In this document: piece after piece, positions 29,266 to 40,849 of the stretch
How the letters are laid out: every line of letters starts with the position of its first letter
Numbering within the stretch: position 1 is the first letter of the stretch
Assembly (NCBI GenBank): GCA_045863335.1
Contig: BTVY01000006.1
Location: 96,001-160,000 of the forward strand
Source: Candidatus Hydrogenedentota bacterium
GTDB taxonomy: Bacteria; Hydrogenedentota; Hydrogenedentia; Hydrogenedentales; SLHB01
Direction: 5' to 3'
DNA length: 64,000 nt
Program-made: the position numbers and the translations under genes
The notes under the pieces: model-generated
Databases searched by the model: none
The model's input: the letters and a program-made list of their open reading frames with translations, nothing else
Told to the model about the DNA's origin: nothing

Positions 29266-30456
29266 ATGAAGACCTTGTATTTCGACTGTTTCAGCGGCGC
29301 GGCGGGCGACATGATCGTCGGCGCGCTGCTTGATCTCGGTGTGGATTTCGACAAGCTGAAATCGGCGCTCGATTCGCTCGAAGTCTCCGGGTATTCCATC
29401 CGGGCCGAGAAGGTGAAGAAGAAGGGCGTCATGGCGACGCAGTTCATCGTGGAGCTGGATCCCAGTGAGAAGCAGCCCCACCGCCACCTTCGCCACGTGC
29501 TGGAGATCATCGACAAGGGCAACCTGCCCGACCAGGTCAAGCAGGCCAGTGCGGAAACGTTCCACCGCATCGCCGAAGCCGAAGCGTCCGTGCACGGGAC
29601 CACCATCGAAAAGGTCCATTTCCACGAGGTCGGCGCGATCGATTCGATTGTGGACGTGGTGGGCGCGCACTTCTGCCTGCACGAACTCGGCTACACTCAC
29701 ATCGCCGCGTCGCCGCTCCATGTCGGCGCCGGTACGGTTAAATGCGCCCATGGAATCATGCCCGTCCCCGCGCCCGCTACGGCACTGCTGTTGAAGGCCA
29801 TCCCCTCGTACGGCGGCGAAGTTCAGTACGAGCTGGTAACCCCAACGGGCGCCGCGTTGCTTGGTCAGATTGCGGCGTCCTTTGGCGCCATGCCGGTCAT
29901 GCGCGTGGAGAAGTTGGGATACGGCAGCGGTACCCGCGATCTCGAAGATCGAGCCAACGTACTGCGCGTCGTCATGGGCGAACGCATTGCGGAGCGATCC
30001 GGAACGGAATCCATCACGGTGCTGGAAACGAACATCGACGACATGAATCCAGAGTTGCTCCCGGAACTGGTTCATGACTTGCTCGACGCCGGGGCGCGCG
30101 ACGCTTTCCTTACGCCGGTGCTCGCAAAAAAGGGGCGGCCGGCGCATGTGGTCACCGTTCTCTGCGACGACGCGCAGGTGCAAGCTATGACGGCTATCCT
30201 GTTTCGCAGTTCAACGACCCTCGGCGTGCGCATGCGCCGTGAAGAGCGCATTACGCTGAGCCGCGAATGGAAACGCGCGTCCACCGAGTGGGGAGACGTG
30301 CGCGTGAAGATCGGCCATTTCCAGGGACAGCGTACGGTCGCTGCACCCGAGTTCGAGGACTGCCGCACCGTTGCGCGGGAAAAGGGCGTGGCCCCGGCCC
30401 AGGTATATCAGGCGGCATTGGCGAAAGCTTTGGTGGGCGATTTGTCGGATTTGTAA
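29266..30456 (+). CDS. larC: Nickel insertase LarC
   Basis: YFDCFSGAAGDM, HFHEVGAIDSIVD, HG..PVPAPAT, ETNIDD, PEFEDC. Confidence 0.93.
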   Translation: MKTLYFDCFSGAAGDMIVGALLDLGVDFDKLKSALDSLEVSGYSIRAEKVKKKGVMATQFIVELDPSEKQPHRHLRHVLEIIDKGNLPDQVKQASAETFHRIAEAEASVHGTTIEKVHFHEVGAIDSIVDVVGAHFCLHELGYTHIAASPLHVGAGTVKCAHGIMPVPAPATALLLKAIPSYGGEVQYELVTPTGAALLGQIAASFGAMPVMRVEKLGYGSGTRDLEDRANVLRVVMGERIAERSGTESITVLETNIDDMNPELLPELVHDLLDAGARDAFLTPVLAKKGRPAHVVTVLCDDAQVQAMTAILFRSSTTLGVRMRREERITLSREWKRASTEWGDVRVKIGHFQGQRTVAAPEFEDCRTVAREKGVAPAQVYQAALAKALVGDLSDL

Positions 30457-30462
30457 AAGACC

Positions 30463-30494
30463 GGACCGATCGGACCGATCGGTCGGATCGGTCC
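30463..30494. repeat. Palindromic 9-mer repeat GGACCGATCGGACCGATCGGTCGGATCGGTCC
   Basis: Near-perfect 32-bp palindrome after the larC stop; related copies inside dapF and near 19910. Confidence 0.8.
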
Positions 30495-30611
30495 AATCAC
30501 TGGGCGGTCACCTTTGCGTACGCCGTGCGATTGGGAGTAGGCTACGCCAACGGGTGTCAATCCAATCAGCTTTCCGCGAAGCAACTTGCGGTAGAGGGAG
30601 TCTCGTTCATC

Positions 30612-31118
30612 ATGGCCGACCGTATTGCCGTATACCCCGGCAGTTTCGATCCCCCCACTTTCGGACACATCGATCTCATTCAACGCGCCGCAAAAATATT
30701 CGATACGCTCATCGTGGCGGTCGCGCGCAATTCGGAGAAAGCGGGGCTCTTCACGGTCGAAGAACGCATCGAGATGTTGACTGATATCGTGAAGACATAC
30801 TGCAACGTCGAGGTCACCTCGTTCCGGGGCCTGACCGCCGAGTTTGCGCGTCAGCGCAACGCCATCGCGTTGGTGCGGGGGCTTCGCGTCGTCTCGGATT
30901 TCGAATACGAAATTACCATGGCCATCGCCAACCAGAAATTGAATCCCACCATCGACACCGTCTGCCTCATGCCCAGCGAAAGTTACCTCCTCCTCAGTTC
31001 CCGCATCGTCCGGGAGATCGCCCTGTTCGGGGGCAGCCTGAAAGACTTTGTACCGAAGGACGTCGAAGAGCGGCTGCTGAAAAAGCTCAAGCACAAGCCG
31101 GACTCCAGCTCTTCGTGA
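30612..31118 (+). CDS. coaD: Phosphopantetheine adenylyltransferase
   Basis: AVYPGSFDPPTFGH, VRGLR..SDFEYE, SS.IVREIA.FGG. Confidence 0.96.
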   Translation: MADRIAVYPGSFDPPTFGHIDLIQRAAKIFDTLIVAVARNSEKAGLFTVEERIEMLTDIVKTYCNVEVTSFRGLTAEFARQRNAIALVRGLRVVSDFEYEITMAIANQKLNPTIDTVCLMPSESYLLLSSRIVREIALFGGSLKDFVPKDVEERLLKKLKHKPDSSSS

Positions 31119-31218
31119 CGACCTCAACACCTTTCCAATTTAAACCCATATAGCCAAATACGTTACGCAACATGACTCCCAACCCGGCCCCGGATTTCCC
31201 ATTAGCTCAAGTAAATAC

Positions 31219-31247
31219 TTGACAAAATTAGCATTTATTGCTAAATT
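31219..31247 (+). promoter_or_regulatory. sigma70 promoter TTGACA-17-TAAATT overlapped by a TTAGCA-N5-TGCTAA palindrome
   Basis: AT-rich patch upstream of the kinase pair. Confidence 0.55.
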
Positions 31248-31289
31248 GCCCATGATGCCGAAAAAACACAACATCATGCGGATCAAGCC

Positions 31290-33572
31290 ATGGCGAATGC
31301 ACCACATCTGGTAGGCAGCGGCCACGCTTCGCTGCTTGGCACCGCTCTTGGCGGGTACCAGGTCCAGGCCCTCATTGGCCGCGGCGCCATGGGAACCGTC
31401 TACCTCGCCAAGGACACCGCCCTTAACCGTCCCGTCGCCTTGAAGGTTCTATTGGGTAGTCTTGCCCGCAACCCGGCCATGGTCCGGAGCTTCTACCGCG
31501 AAGCCCAGGCCGCCGCGCCCCTGCGCCACCCGGGAATCGTACGGATCTATTCCGCAGGCGTCGAATCCGGAACGCCGTATATCGCCATGGAGTACGTGGC
31601 GGGCGAATCGCTCGACCGGTTTCTCCGCCGCAAGGGCACGGTCTCCTGGCAGGCGGCGCTCCATGTCGGCGCACAGCTAGCCCAAGCTTTGGACTGTGCG
31701 CACGCGGCGGGCGTCATTCACCGCGACGTCAAGCCGGCAAATATCCTGTTAGACCGCCAGGGCCGGGTTCGTCTTGCGGACTTCGGCATCGCCCGCGTGG
31801 CGACCTTGGAGACGCAGGGCGGTCCCGCGAACGGCATTAACGGCATTATCGGTACGCCCGCGTATATGTCGCCAGAGCAGTGCGAAGGCGCCGGCGTAAG
31901 CTCTGCAACGGACTTGTATTCTCTAGGCGTAGTGCTGTTTCAGCTTATGGCGGGGCATGCGCCCTTCCGCGGGGAAACGGCGCAGGCGCTGGTGAAGCAA
32001 ATTCTCTCCGACGACGCACCACGCTTGAACAAACTCAACCCTGAAATCCCGGACGACGTGGCGCGGTTGGTGGCGCATCTGTTGCAGAAGGAACCGGGTG
32101 CAAGACCGAAAAGCGCGGCGCAGGTCGCCAAAACCATCGAACGTATCCGCGCGGAAGAAGGGGGGCGCTCGGTCGTGCCCGAGGCCCTGTCTGCTTTCGT
32201 TCGCGAGCAAGCCGTTGAATCCAACCTGCGGCTCATGACCCCTGTCCCCCAACATGCCAAGACCGGCAACGGCCACGATTCATCGAAGAGCCGTTGGTAC
32301 CGGCGCGCATCCCTGCGGTGGACGGCAGTCGTTTCAGCGGCGGCGGTCCTCGTGACCGGCTTGGCATTGGGTGTGATGGGCCACGGAGGGCACGGCCATG
32401 CACCTGCGCCACCCTTGACGGCGTTACGGTTCAATGATGAACCGGATGGCGGCTTGCGGGCCTCCGCGACCCTGGATGGATTCCAATTCACGCGGCTGCG
32501 TTGGGCGGGAGAATCCCTGCTGGTGGAAGCGGAAGGCCGCCCGGGATCGCTCTTGCATGGCGCGACGGGGCTGTTGTCTTTGGCACCCGGCGCAGAAGAA
32601 GGGTTCAGCGTATACGCGCCCCATGCGCCGCTCGCAGGACCGCCGGCGCAATGGCACCCCGTGTCCATGGCGTACGAAATCCACACTTCAACAAATGGAC
32701 CTCTTTCTCATTCGCTTTTGATGTTTCGCACGACAGACGCGCCGGGCAATGCGCAAACGGAGTTGCTCGTCCAGGCTATCGATGCGGCAGCGCCGTTGAA
32801 CGTTCCCATCTACCGGGGCGCGATTGCCTGCGGCGCGAATTTCATGGACAGGTCTTACAGCTCGCCGTCCGTGGCCCTCCACCCAGACGGCCGGCGTCTT
32901 TGTGTCCCCCTCGAAGACGCCAAAGGCGGAACCTACCTTGCAGAGATCGAGGTTCCGCAGAAATCCGCGTCAGAGCCGGTCGAAACGCGCCTTACGACAT
33001 TGAGCCATGCGATCGTGCCGGGAAGCATTCGATACACGCCCGAAGGTGACCGTATCGTCTACATGCGCGAAAACAAAGACCAGAGCCGGGAGCTGTGGAT
33101 TATTCCGCGTGAACCAGCGTCTCCCGGAATCCTGCTTTCCGTGGGGCATCTGGATACGGATGTTGCGCTGAGCCCGGATGGCGAGTTGGCGGTTGTCGCG
33201 GTCCACGGTCCTGAAGGCGGTGAAGCCGAACTCCGTGTCGTCCATACACTCAGCGGATCGGTTGTCGCCAGGCCCGGTCATGGCCGCGTAGGAGTCGAGG
33301 CATGGCTGCCATCCGGCGAGGGTTTTGTCGTGACCATGGGCGATCCGGCACAGGCCTACCTGATGCGTCGCGCGGGCGACGCATTCGACGCGGAGCCCCT
33401 CACCGCTTTCGATGACGGGATTCTTGGCAGCGCCGCCGTATCACGGGATGGACGCTGGATCGCTGTGATCGCGAATCGCCGTTCTGAGCAGTCCGTTGTG
33501 TTCATCCCTCTGCCCGGAATTCGCACCCGCATGGCGAGCGCTGCTGGCCGGGCTGAAACGGTGATCCCATGA
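31290..33572 (+). CDS. Ser/Thr protein kinase, TM helix, TolB-like beta-propeller
   Basis: GRGAMG, VALK, HRDVKPAN, DFG, GTPAYMSPE; SPDG-type repeats. Confidence 0.9.
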   Translation: MANAPHLVGSGHASLLGTALGGYQVQALIGRGAMGTVYLAKDTALNRPVALKVLLGSLARNPAMVRSFYREAQAAAPLRHPGIVRIYSAGVESGTPYIAMEYVAGESLDRFLRRKGTVSWQAALHVGAQLAQALDCAHAAGVIHRDVKPANILLDRQGRVRLADFGIARVATLETQGGPANGINGIIGTPAYMSPEQCEGAGVSSATDLYSLGVVLFQLMAGHAPFRGETAQALVKQILSDDAPRLNKLNPEIPDDVARLVAHLLQKEPGARPKSAAQVAKTIERIRAEEGGRSVVPEALSAFVREQAVESNLRLMTPVPQHAKTGNGHDSSKSRWYRRASLRWTAVVSAAAVLVTGLALGVMGHGGHGHAPAPPLTALRFNDEPDGGLRASATLDGFQFTRLRWAGESLLVEAEGRPGSLLHGATGLLSLAPGAEEGFSVYAPHAPLAGPPAQWHPVSMAYEIHTSTNGPLSHSLLMFRTTDAPGNAQTELLVQAIDAAAPLNVPIYRGAIACGANFMDRSYSSPSVALHPDGRRLCVPLEDAKGGTYLAEIEVPQKSASEPVETRLTTLSHAIVPGSIRYTPEGDRIVYMRENKDQSRELWIIPREPASPGILLSVGHLDTDVALSPDGELAVVAVHGPEGGEAELRVVHTLSGSVVARPGHGRVGVEAWLPSGEGFVVTMGDPAQAYLMRRAGDAFDAEPLTAFDDGILGSAAVSRDGRWIAVIANRRSEQSVVFIPLPGIRTRMASAAGRAETVIP

Positions 33573-33590
33573 TCGACGAGGAACTGCACC

Positions 33591-35681
33591 ATGTATGACT
33601 GCGGAGGCCCGGCGCCCGCACGGCACGTTCTGGGCAACTACGAGATTTTCGAGGAGGTCGGCCGCGGGGGTATGGGTATCGTCTACCGCGCGCTGGACCT
33701 GTCGCTGGACCGAATCGTCGCGGTCAAGGTATTGCGCGACGACCTGCGTTCCCAGCCGCAGATCGTGTCGCGGTTCAGCCGGGAAGCCAAGGCCGCGGCC
33801 TGCCTGGATCATCCGAATATCGTGCAGATCTACGCGGTCGGCAATTCCGACGGCACGCCGTATATCGCGATGGAGTTTATCGACGCGATTCCTCTGAGCA
33901 CGCTCATGCAACGGGAATCGGCATTGCCCTGCAACCAGGCCCTCGATATCGCGGCGCAGGTGGCTTCCGCGCTGGCTTGCGCGCACGAATCCCACGTGAT
34001 TCACCGGGATATCAAGCCGCCCAACATCCTGATCGCCGACGATGGCAAGGCGTACGTGACGGATTTCGGCATTGCCAAGATCCTGACCATGGACGACAAT
34101 CTGACGGTGGACGGCTCCCGGCTCGGCACACCCCACTACATGTCGCCGGAACGCTGCAAGAACGGTGAGTTGACAGTCTCCAGCGACCTGTATTCGTTGG
34201 GAGTCCTCCTCTTCCAAATGTTGACCGGCCGCCTCCCATACGAAGCTGGGTCGAACATCGAGCTGATTCGGAAGATCGTCTCGGACCCGCCCGCGCGGTT
34301 GCGCCGCTATCGCAATGAACTCGCGGAAGACGTGGAACGCCTCGTGGCGTGGATGATCGAAAAGCAACCGCACCATCGCCCGCCCGATGGCAACGCGGTG
34401 CGCGACGCCATCGGTCGCGTGAGACGCGGTATGCCGCTCGACCTCAAGACCAATACTGTTTCCGCGGCGATAGCAGACTTCCGCAGTGCCGTAGAGAAAC
34501 GCCCGGATACCGCCACGCCCGCGGAAAAGCCGCGGCGGCGATTCGCAAGCGTGACGCCGTTCACAGAGAGCACGCGCGCCTCGGCCGGCTCCTGGACCCT
34601 GCGTGGCGCGGCAATTCTGGCGGTGCTGCTCTGCCTCATTGGCGGTGCGCACTGGTTTGCCGGCACGGATGCCACAACGGTGTCGACGTGGGATCCTCAA
34701 ATGACCGATCCGGATCTCTGGTTCGCCGATCCCAGGGTTGCGCGTTTCAAGGACGAGGCGCCGGGCGTCCTTCGTGCGCCGTTGAGTCTGGCAGCGTTCT
34801 CCATCGATTCTCTGTCCCGAGGCGATCGGGCCACGTTTAAGGTCGAACTTCAGGGGGCCGTTGGCAGCCACCAGGAAGGCCGGCGCATAGTCTGCGAACT
34901 GGACCCCGGCCTGCAAGTCGCGACCCTCTTGGGTACGCCATATCTTGCCCCGTCTGCAGTTCAATGGGGCGGGTCCGAAGACCTTCGTGACGCATTGCGT
35001 GCAGCGGTGAGCGAAAACGCCGTCGCCATTGCGGTTCATCCGGACGGGATGCGCTTCGCGGTTGCGGCGGAGGATACTCAAGGAAATTCAGACCTCACGG
35101 AATGGACGCGGTCGCCCGACGGAAGCATTGCCGCCGCTCGCAAGCTTGCGTCACCAGGAGCGCCGATCGAAGACCTTCAATACGCGCCGGGCGGCGAATG
35201 GATTGCCTTTACGCGGCATCATGGACCCGTCGACCGGTCATTGTGGTTGATTCCCACGACCCCGACCCCAGCAGACCCCGAACCCATTGCGCGCGGCGAT
35301 CTGTCCCTTTCCAATAGGGCGTTCAGTCCCGACGGCCAGACCCTCGCCTACGCCATTGCATCATCTGCTGGTAAGTCCGCCGTCCGTTTGGTCCGGACCG
35401 TCGACAGGCAAATCGCCATGGAGCTTGGTGAGGGGTGGGACGTGTCCTGGTTGCCGTCCGGCGGCGCGCTCGTCGGGGTCGCTTCCGATCGAAAGGGCTT
35501 CAACCAGCTTTGGGTTTTCGGCGTCGAGGCGCCGTATCCGCGCACGCAACTGACGCATCTGGACGGCGGGACGGCCCGCGACTGCGCCCTTTCCGGAGAT
35601 GGCGGCTGGGTAGCGGCGGCGCTCAACTCGACCGCGGAGCCGGCGCTCGTGTTCGCGCGCATCGGCACGACCGCCCGGTAA
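33591..35681 (+). CDS. Ser/Thr protein kinase, TM helix, TolB-like beta-propeller (paralog)
   Basis: GRGGMG, HRDIKPPN, DFG, GTPHYMSPE; FSPDG repeats. Confidence 0.9.
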   Translation: MYDCGGPAPARHVLGNYEIFEEVGRGGMGIVYRALDLSLDRIVAVKVLRDDLRSQPQIVSRFSREAKAAACLDHPNIVQIYAVGNSDGTPYIAMEFIDAIPLSTLMQRESALPCNQALDIAAQVASALACAHESHVIHRDIKPPNILIADDGKAYVTDFGIAKILTMDDNLTVDGSRLGTPHYMSPERCKNGELTVSSDLYSLGVLLFQMLTGRLPYEAGSNIELIRKIVSDPPARLRRYRNELAEDVERLVAWMIEKQPHHRPPDGNAVRDAIGRVRRGMPLDLKTNTVSAAIADFRSAVEKRPDTATPAEKPRRRFASVTPFTESTRASAGSWTLRGAAILAVLLCLIGGAHWFAGTDATTVSTWDPQMTDPDLWFADPRVARFKDEAPGVLRAPLSLAAFSIDSLSRGDRATFKVELQGAVGSHQEGRRIVCELDPGLQVATLLGTPYLAPSAVQWGGSEDLRDALRAAVSENAVAIAVHPDGMRFAVAAEDTQGNSDLTEWTRSPDGSIAAARKLASPGAPIEDLQYAPGGEWIAFTRHHGPVDRSLWLIPTTPTPADPEPIARGDLSLSNRAFSPDGQTLAYAIASSAGKSAVRLVRTVDRQIAMELGEGWDVSWLPSGGALVGVASDRKGFNQLWVFGVEAPYPRTQLTHLDGGTARDCALSGDGGWVAAALNSTAEPALVFARIGTTAR

Positions 35682-35775
35682 CTCCGTTTGAGAACTCGCG
35701 CAAAAGCCCCTATAATGCGTTTCCGTTTTTGTTTCGTCCTCACACAAAATGTGAGCGTCCAGGCAGGGGAAATCC

Positions 35776-36915
35776 ATGCACATATTCGTTCCTCGCGAGA
35801 TCCATCCCGGTGAACTTCGCGTTCCGCTGATCCCGGATAATGTCAAACGTCTCGTCGACAAAGGCGCCGAGATCACGGTCGAAGCCGGCATGGGCGCGCC
35901 GTCGGGTCATACGGATGCCGCGTACGAGGCCGCGGGCGCCAAGGTCAGCGCGGATCGGGACTCCATGCTTAGCGCGGCGGACGTGGTCCTGCGCCTGCGC
36001 AAGCCGCCGCTTGAAGAAATTGCGAAGCTGAAGCGCGGCTGCATTCACGTGAGCTTCCTTGATCCTTTTAATGAACGCGAATTGATCGACGCCCTCGTGG
36101 CGGCGGGCGTCAGTGCCATCAGTATGGAAATGATTCCGCGCACGACGCGGGCCCAGAAGATGGACGCCTTGAGTTCCCAGGCCAGTCTCGCGGGATACGT
36201 CGCCGTCATCCTGGCGGCGGAACGGCTCAACCAGATTTTCCCCATGATGATGACGCCGGCCGGCACCATCAAGCCTTCCCGCGTGTTCATCATCGGCGCG
36301 GGCGTCGCGGGGCTTCAGGCTATCGCCACCGCGAAACGTCTCGGCGCGCGCGTCGACGCGTTCGATACGCGACCCGTCGTCGAAGAACAGGTTGCCTCGT
36401 TGGGCGCCAAGTTCGTGAAAGTCGATCTCGGCGAAACCGGGCAGACGAAGGACGGGTACGCCAAGGAACTCACGCCGGAGCAGCAGGCCAAGCAGCGGGA
36501 AGCCATGGCCAAGGTGTGCGTGCAGGCGGACGTGGTGATCACCACCGCCAAGCTGTTCGGGCGGAAGGCCCCGGTTATCGTGACGAAGGAAATGGTGGCG
36601 CAGATGAAGCCCGGCAGCGTGATCATCGATCTCGCCGCGGACACGGGCGGCAACGTCGAAGGCGTGGAAGTCGACAAAGAAGTCGAGGTGAACGGGGTAC
36701 GCATTGTGGGGTTGTCCAATCTGGAGGGACGCGTCCCCGTCCACGCGAGCCAGATGTATTCGTCCAACCTCGGCAATCTGATCGAGGAGTTCTGGGACAA
36801 AGAAGCGAAGCAGTTCGCGTTGAAGCTGGACGATGAGATTATCAAAGGCTGTCTTGTTACGCACGACGGCGCCATCGTCAGCGAGATGCTGAAAAACGTA
36901 CTAGCCGGCAAGTAG
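35776..36915 (+). CDS. pntA: NAD(P) transhydrogenase subunit alpha, part 1
   Basis: RAQKMDALSSQ, PMMMTPAGT, GAGVAGLQA. Confidence 0.95.
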   Translation: MHIFVPREIHPGELRVPLIPDNVKRLVDKGAEITVEAGMGAPSGHTDAAYEAAGAKVSADRDSMLSAADVVLRLRKPPLEEIAKLKRGCIHVSFLDPFNERELIDALVAAGVSAISMEMIPRTTRAQKMDALSSQASLAGYVAVILAAERLNQIFPMMMTPAGTIKPSRVFIIGAGVAGLQAIATAKRLGARVDAFDTRPVVEEQVASLGAKFVKVDLGETGQTKDGYAKELTPEQQAKQREAMAKVCVQADVVITTAKLFGRKAPVIVTKEMVAQMKPGSVIIDLAADTGGNVEGVEVDKEVEVNGVRIVGLSNLEGRVPVHASQMYSSNLGNLIEEFWDKEAKQFALKLDDEIIKGCLVTHDGAIVSEMLKNVLAGK

Positions 36916-36934
36916 CGGGCCGAGGATTCGACTG

Positions 36935-37224
36935 ATGATGATATTGTTGCTTTTTACCTTCGTGCTGGCCATCTTTCTGGGCTTCGAGCTGATCTCGAAG
37001 GTCCCGGCGACGCTGCACACGCCGCTCATGTCGGGATCAAACGCGATCTCCGGCATCACCGTCGTGGGCGCCCTCATTGCCGCGGGCGAAACCGACAGTG
37101 GATGGCTTAGCCTCACGCTCGGCACGGCGGCCGTAGCCTTCGCGACCATCAACGTGGTTGGCGGCTACCTCGTCACGGATCGCATGCTGGCCATGTTCAA
37201 GAGCAAGGACAAGGGAGGCAAGGC

Positions 37225-37228
<4 letters not shown>
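36935..37228 (+). CDS. pntA: NAD(P) transhydrogenase subunit alpha, part 2
   Basis: LHTPLMSGSNAISG, NVVGGYLVTDRML.MF. Confidence 0.95.
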
Positions 37229-38619
<1,391 letters not shown>

Positions 38620-38680
38620 CTCTGCATGTATTTCGAGCGCGTGTTATACTGATTGTAGAATCGAACGGGAGACATGCGCA

Positions 38681-38914
38681 GTGACTTACAAAGGCCGCAT
38701 TCATAATGGTGTAGTGGTTCTCGAAGAGCCCGTCGAATTGGAGGAGGGAACCCTGGTGCGTGTTGAGGTCCTCGCCAATGCGCCAGGGCGTGCCGAATCA
38801 GTATCGCGCACCTTGGCCGAGCGCCTTGCCCCAGTGATCGGTAAAGCAGAAACGCTCCCTCCGGACGCATCGGCACAGCACGATCATTATCTCTATACAA
38901 CGCCCAAGAAATGA
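38681..38914 (+). CDS. Putative antitoxin (AbrB/AF2212-like)
   Basis: YKG.I.NGVVVLEEPVELEEGT.V.V ... SAQHDHYLY; ATGA overlap with the PIN gene; extended -10 TGtTATACT at 38642-38650. Confidence 0.75.
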   Translation: MTYKGRIHNGVVVLEEPVELEEGTLVRVEVLANAPGRAESVSRTLAERLAPVIGKAETLPPDASAQHDHYLYTTPKK

Positions 38915-39321
38915 ACCTCGTTTTCGCGGACACTTCCTACTACGTCGCACTTATGACGGCTCGCGACCAATGGCACACTGTTGCGGTGAAAGCTTCGGAG
39001 AATTATTCGGGCGACGTTCTTACGACCGAGTTTGTTTTGACCGAGGTGGGTAACTTCCTTCATCGGCCGCCCGACCGAGAGCTATTCCGCGTACTGATTG
39101 AAGCCATTCGTTCCGACAGGCAGACCAAAATAATTGAGGCAGATTCGCGTACGTTTGAAGCAGGGTTACACCTCTATCTGAGCCGCAACGACAAATCATG
39201 GTCACTAACCGATTGCATATCCTTCGTTGTAATGAACGAGTACGGGATAAATGAAGCATTAACCAGCGATACCCACTTCGAGCAAGCCGGATTCAGGCCT
39301 CTGATGAACGCTACCACATAA
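38911..39321 (+). CDS. vapC: PIN-domain (VapC) toxin
   Basis: FADTS, LTE, SLTDCISF, TSD.HF acidic tetrad. Confidence 0.9.
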   Translation: MNLVFADTSYYVALMTARDQWHTVAVKASENYSGDVLTTEFVLTEVGNFLHRPPDRELFRVLIEAIRSDRQTKIIEADSRTFEAGLHLYLSRNDKSWSLTDCISFVVMNEYGINEALTSDTHFEQAGFRPLMNATT

Positions 39322-39482
39322 TTCAAGACGTGGCCGTTCGTTAGGGTTGGCGCGTGCGGGCACGACGTAGTGCGCACTTGGCAAACCGAATCGCCGGACC
39401 CGACGGGGTATTAGCGAGACGGCGTATGGGTGGTACCGCCGATTCCGAAGCTACGCGGGATCGAAACCGGGAGCCCCACAAC

Positions 39483-40826
39483 ATGGCTTGGACGCGCCGA
39501 AATTTTCTGACGTCGGCAGCCACCGCGGCCGCTGCGCCATTCGTTGTACCTGCGTCGGCGTGGGGACAGAATCAACCGGCGCCCAGCGAACGGATTACGG
39601 TGGGCATCGTCGCCGCCGGTTCGCGCGGGTTTGCGCTCATCGGGGATTTCATCAAGGAAACCGACGCGCAGATCGTCGCCGTCTGTGATGTGGACTCGCT
39701 CCACTACCGCGATAAACCCTGGGGCGACGGGACAGCCTTCGGACTCGAACCGGCGAAGGCGTCCATCGAACGCTATTATGCGGCCAAACGTCCTTACGCC
39801 GATTCCCCACAGATCGACACCTACGCAGATTACCGTGACCTGTGCGCGCGTGACGACATCGACGCCATCATCGTGGCGACGCCGGACCATTGGCATGCGC
39901 TGTGTACGCTGGAAGCGTTGCGCCGTGGAAAGGACGTGTATTGCGAGAAACCGCTGACCCACTTCTTTCACGAGGGCCAAATCGTCTACCGCGAGGTGGC
40001 AAGGCGCAATGCGGTGTTTCAGGCCGGTTCGCAACAGCGTTCCGATCCGCGGTTTCGGCTGGCCGTGGAACTGGTGCGGAACGGTCACATCGGCAAGGTG
40101 CAGCGCGTGGAAGTCGGCCTGCCGCCGGGCTACGCGAAACCCATGGGCGACACGACGATTGAAGACCCGCCGGAACATGTTGACTACGATTTCTGGTGCG
40201 GGCCCGGCGAAGTGCTCCCCTACATGCGCGCGCGCCATCACCGTTGGTGGCGCGGGCATACCGCGTACGGTGGCGGCGTGCTCATGGATTTCATCGGCCA
40301 CCACAACGACATTGCGCACTGGGGACTCGGATTGGATGCAAGCGGGCCGACGCGGGTCGAAGCCGCGGAATGGGTCTATCCGGACACGGAGATCTACAAC
40401 ACGCCGCACAAGTACGCGATTCATTGCGAGTATGAAGGCGGGATTTCTTCAATCATTTCCAGCGAGTATCCCGATGGGGCGAAATGGATCGGCGAGGACG
40501 GCTGGGTATTCGTGACGCGAGGAAAGATCGAGGCCTCCGACCCGCGTTGGCTGGAGAACGACTTTGATGCGGGTCCCGTCAAAGCGTATGTGTCGCCCGG
40601 GCATGCCCGAAACTTCCTGGACTGCATCAAATCGCGCGAGCCGTGCATCGCCCCCGCGGAGACCGCGCACCGGTCCGTGACGCCCGGTTATCTCGCCTAT
40701 GTTTCTCACGCTGTCGCCCGTCCGCTCGCGTGGGATCCGGCCGCCGAGCGCATCACGGATGACGATGAAGCGCAGGCGCTACTCGATTCCACACCCTACC
40801 GGAATCCATGGGCACTTGAGCCCTGA
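39483..40826 (+). CDS. Gfo/Idh/MocA oxidoreductase with Tat signal
   Basis: TRRNFL, ATPDHWHA, YCEKP, GSQQRS. Confidence 0.92.
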   Translation: MAWTRRNFLTSAATAAAAPFVVPASAWGQNQPAPSERITVGIVAAGSRGFALIGDFIKETDAQIVAVCDVDSLHYRDKPWGDGTAFGLEPAKASIERYYAAKRPYADSPQIDTYADYRDLCARDDIDAIIVATPDHWHALCTLEALRRGKDVYCEKPLTHFFHEGQIVYREVARRNAVFQAGSQQRSDPRFRLAVELVRNGHIGKVQRVEVGLPPGYAKPMGDTTIEDPPEHVDYDFWCGPGEVLPYMRARHHRWWRGHTAYGGGVLMDFIGHHNDIAHWGLGLDASGPTRVEAAEWVYPDTEIYNTPHKYAIHCEYEGGISSIISSEYPDGAKWIGEDGWVFVTRGKIEASDPRWLENDFDAGPVKAYVSPGHARNFLDCIKSREPCIAPAETAHRSVTPGYLAYVSHAVARPLAWDPAAERITDDDEAQALLDSTPYRNPWALEP

Positions 40827-40849
40827 GTCTGTCTTCACGTCACCTCTCA

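Noticed and set aside
31228-31244. CIRCE-like TTAGCA...TGCTAA
   Set aside because: It lacks the CTC/GAG extensions and the 9-bp spacer of CIRCE, and no chaperone genes follow.
33441-35081. Long antisense ORFs (546 aa here; also 7102-8403, 35740-36864, 37165-38325, 47241-48422, 50815-52038)
   Set aside because: They are shadows of well-supported genes on the opposite strand in high-GC DNA and have no recognisable motifs.
35682-35700. Possible IS end TCCGTTTGAGAAC, similar to 49924-49940
   Set aside because: The similarity is too short, with no partner inverted repeat or transposase.
39425-39442. T-box-like motif TGGGTGGTACCGC upstream of the Gfo/Idh/MocA gene
   Set aside because: The gap is only ~160 nt, no stem I or terminator is evident, and the downstream gene is unrelated to amino-acid metabolism.
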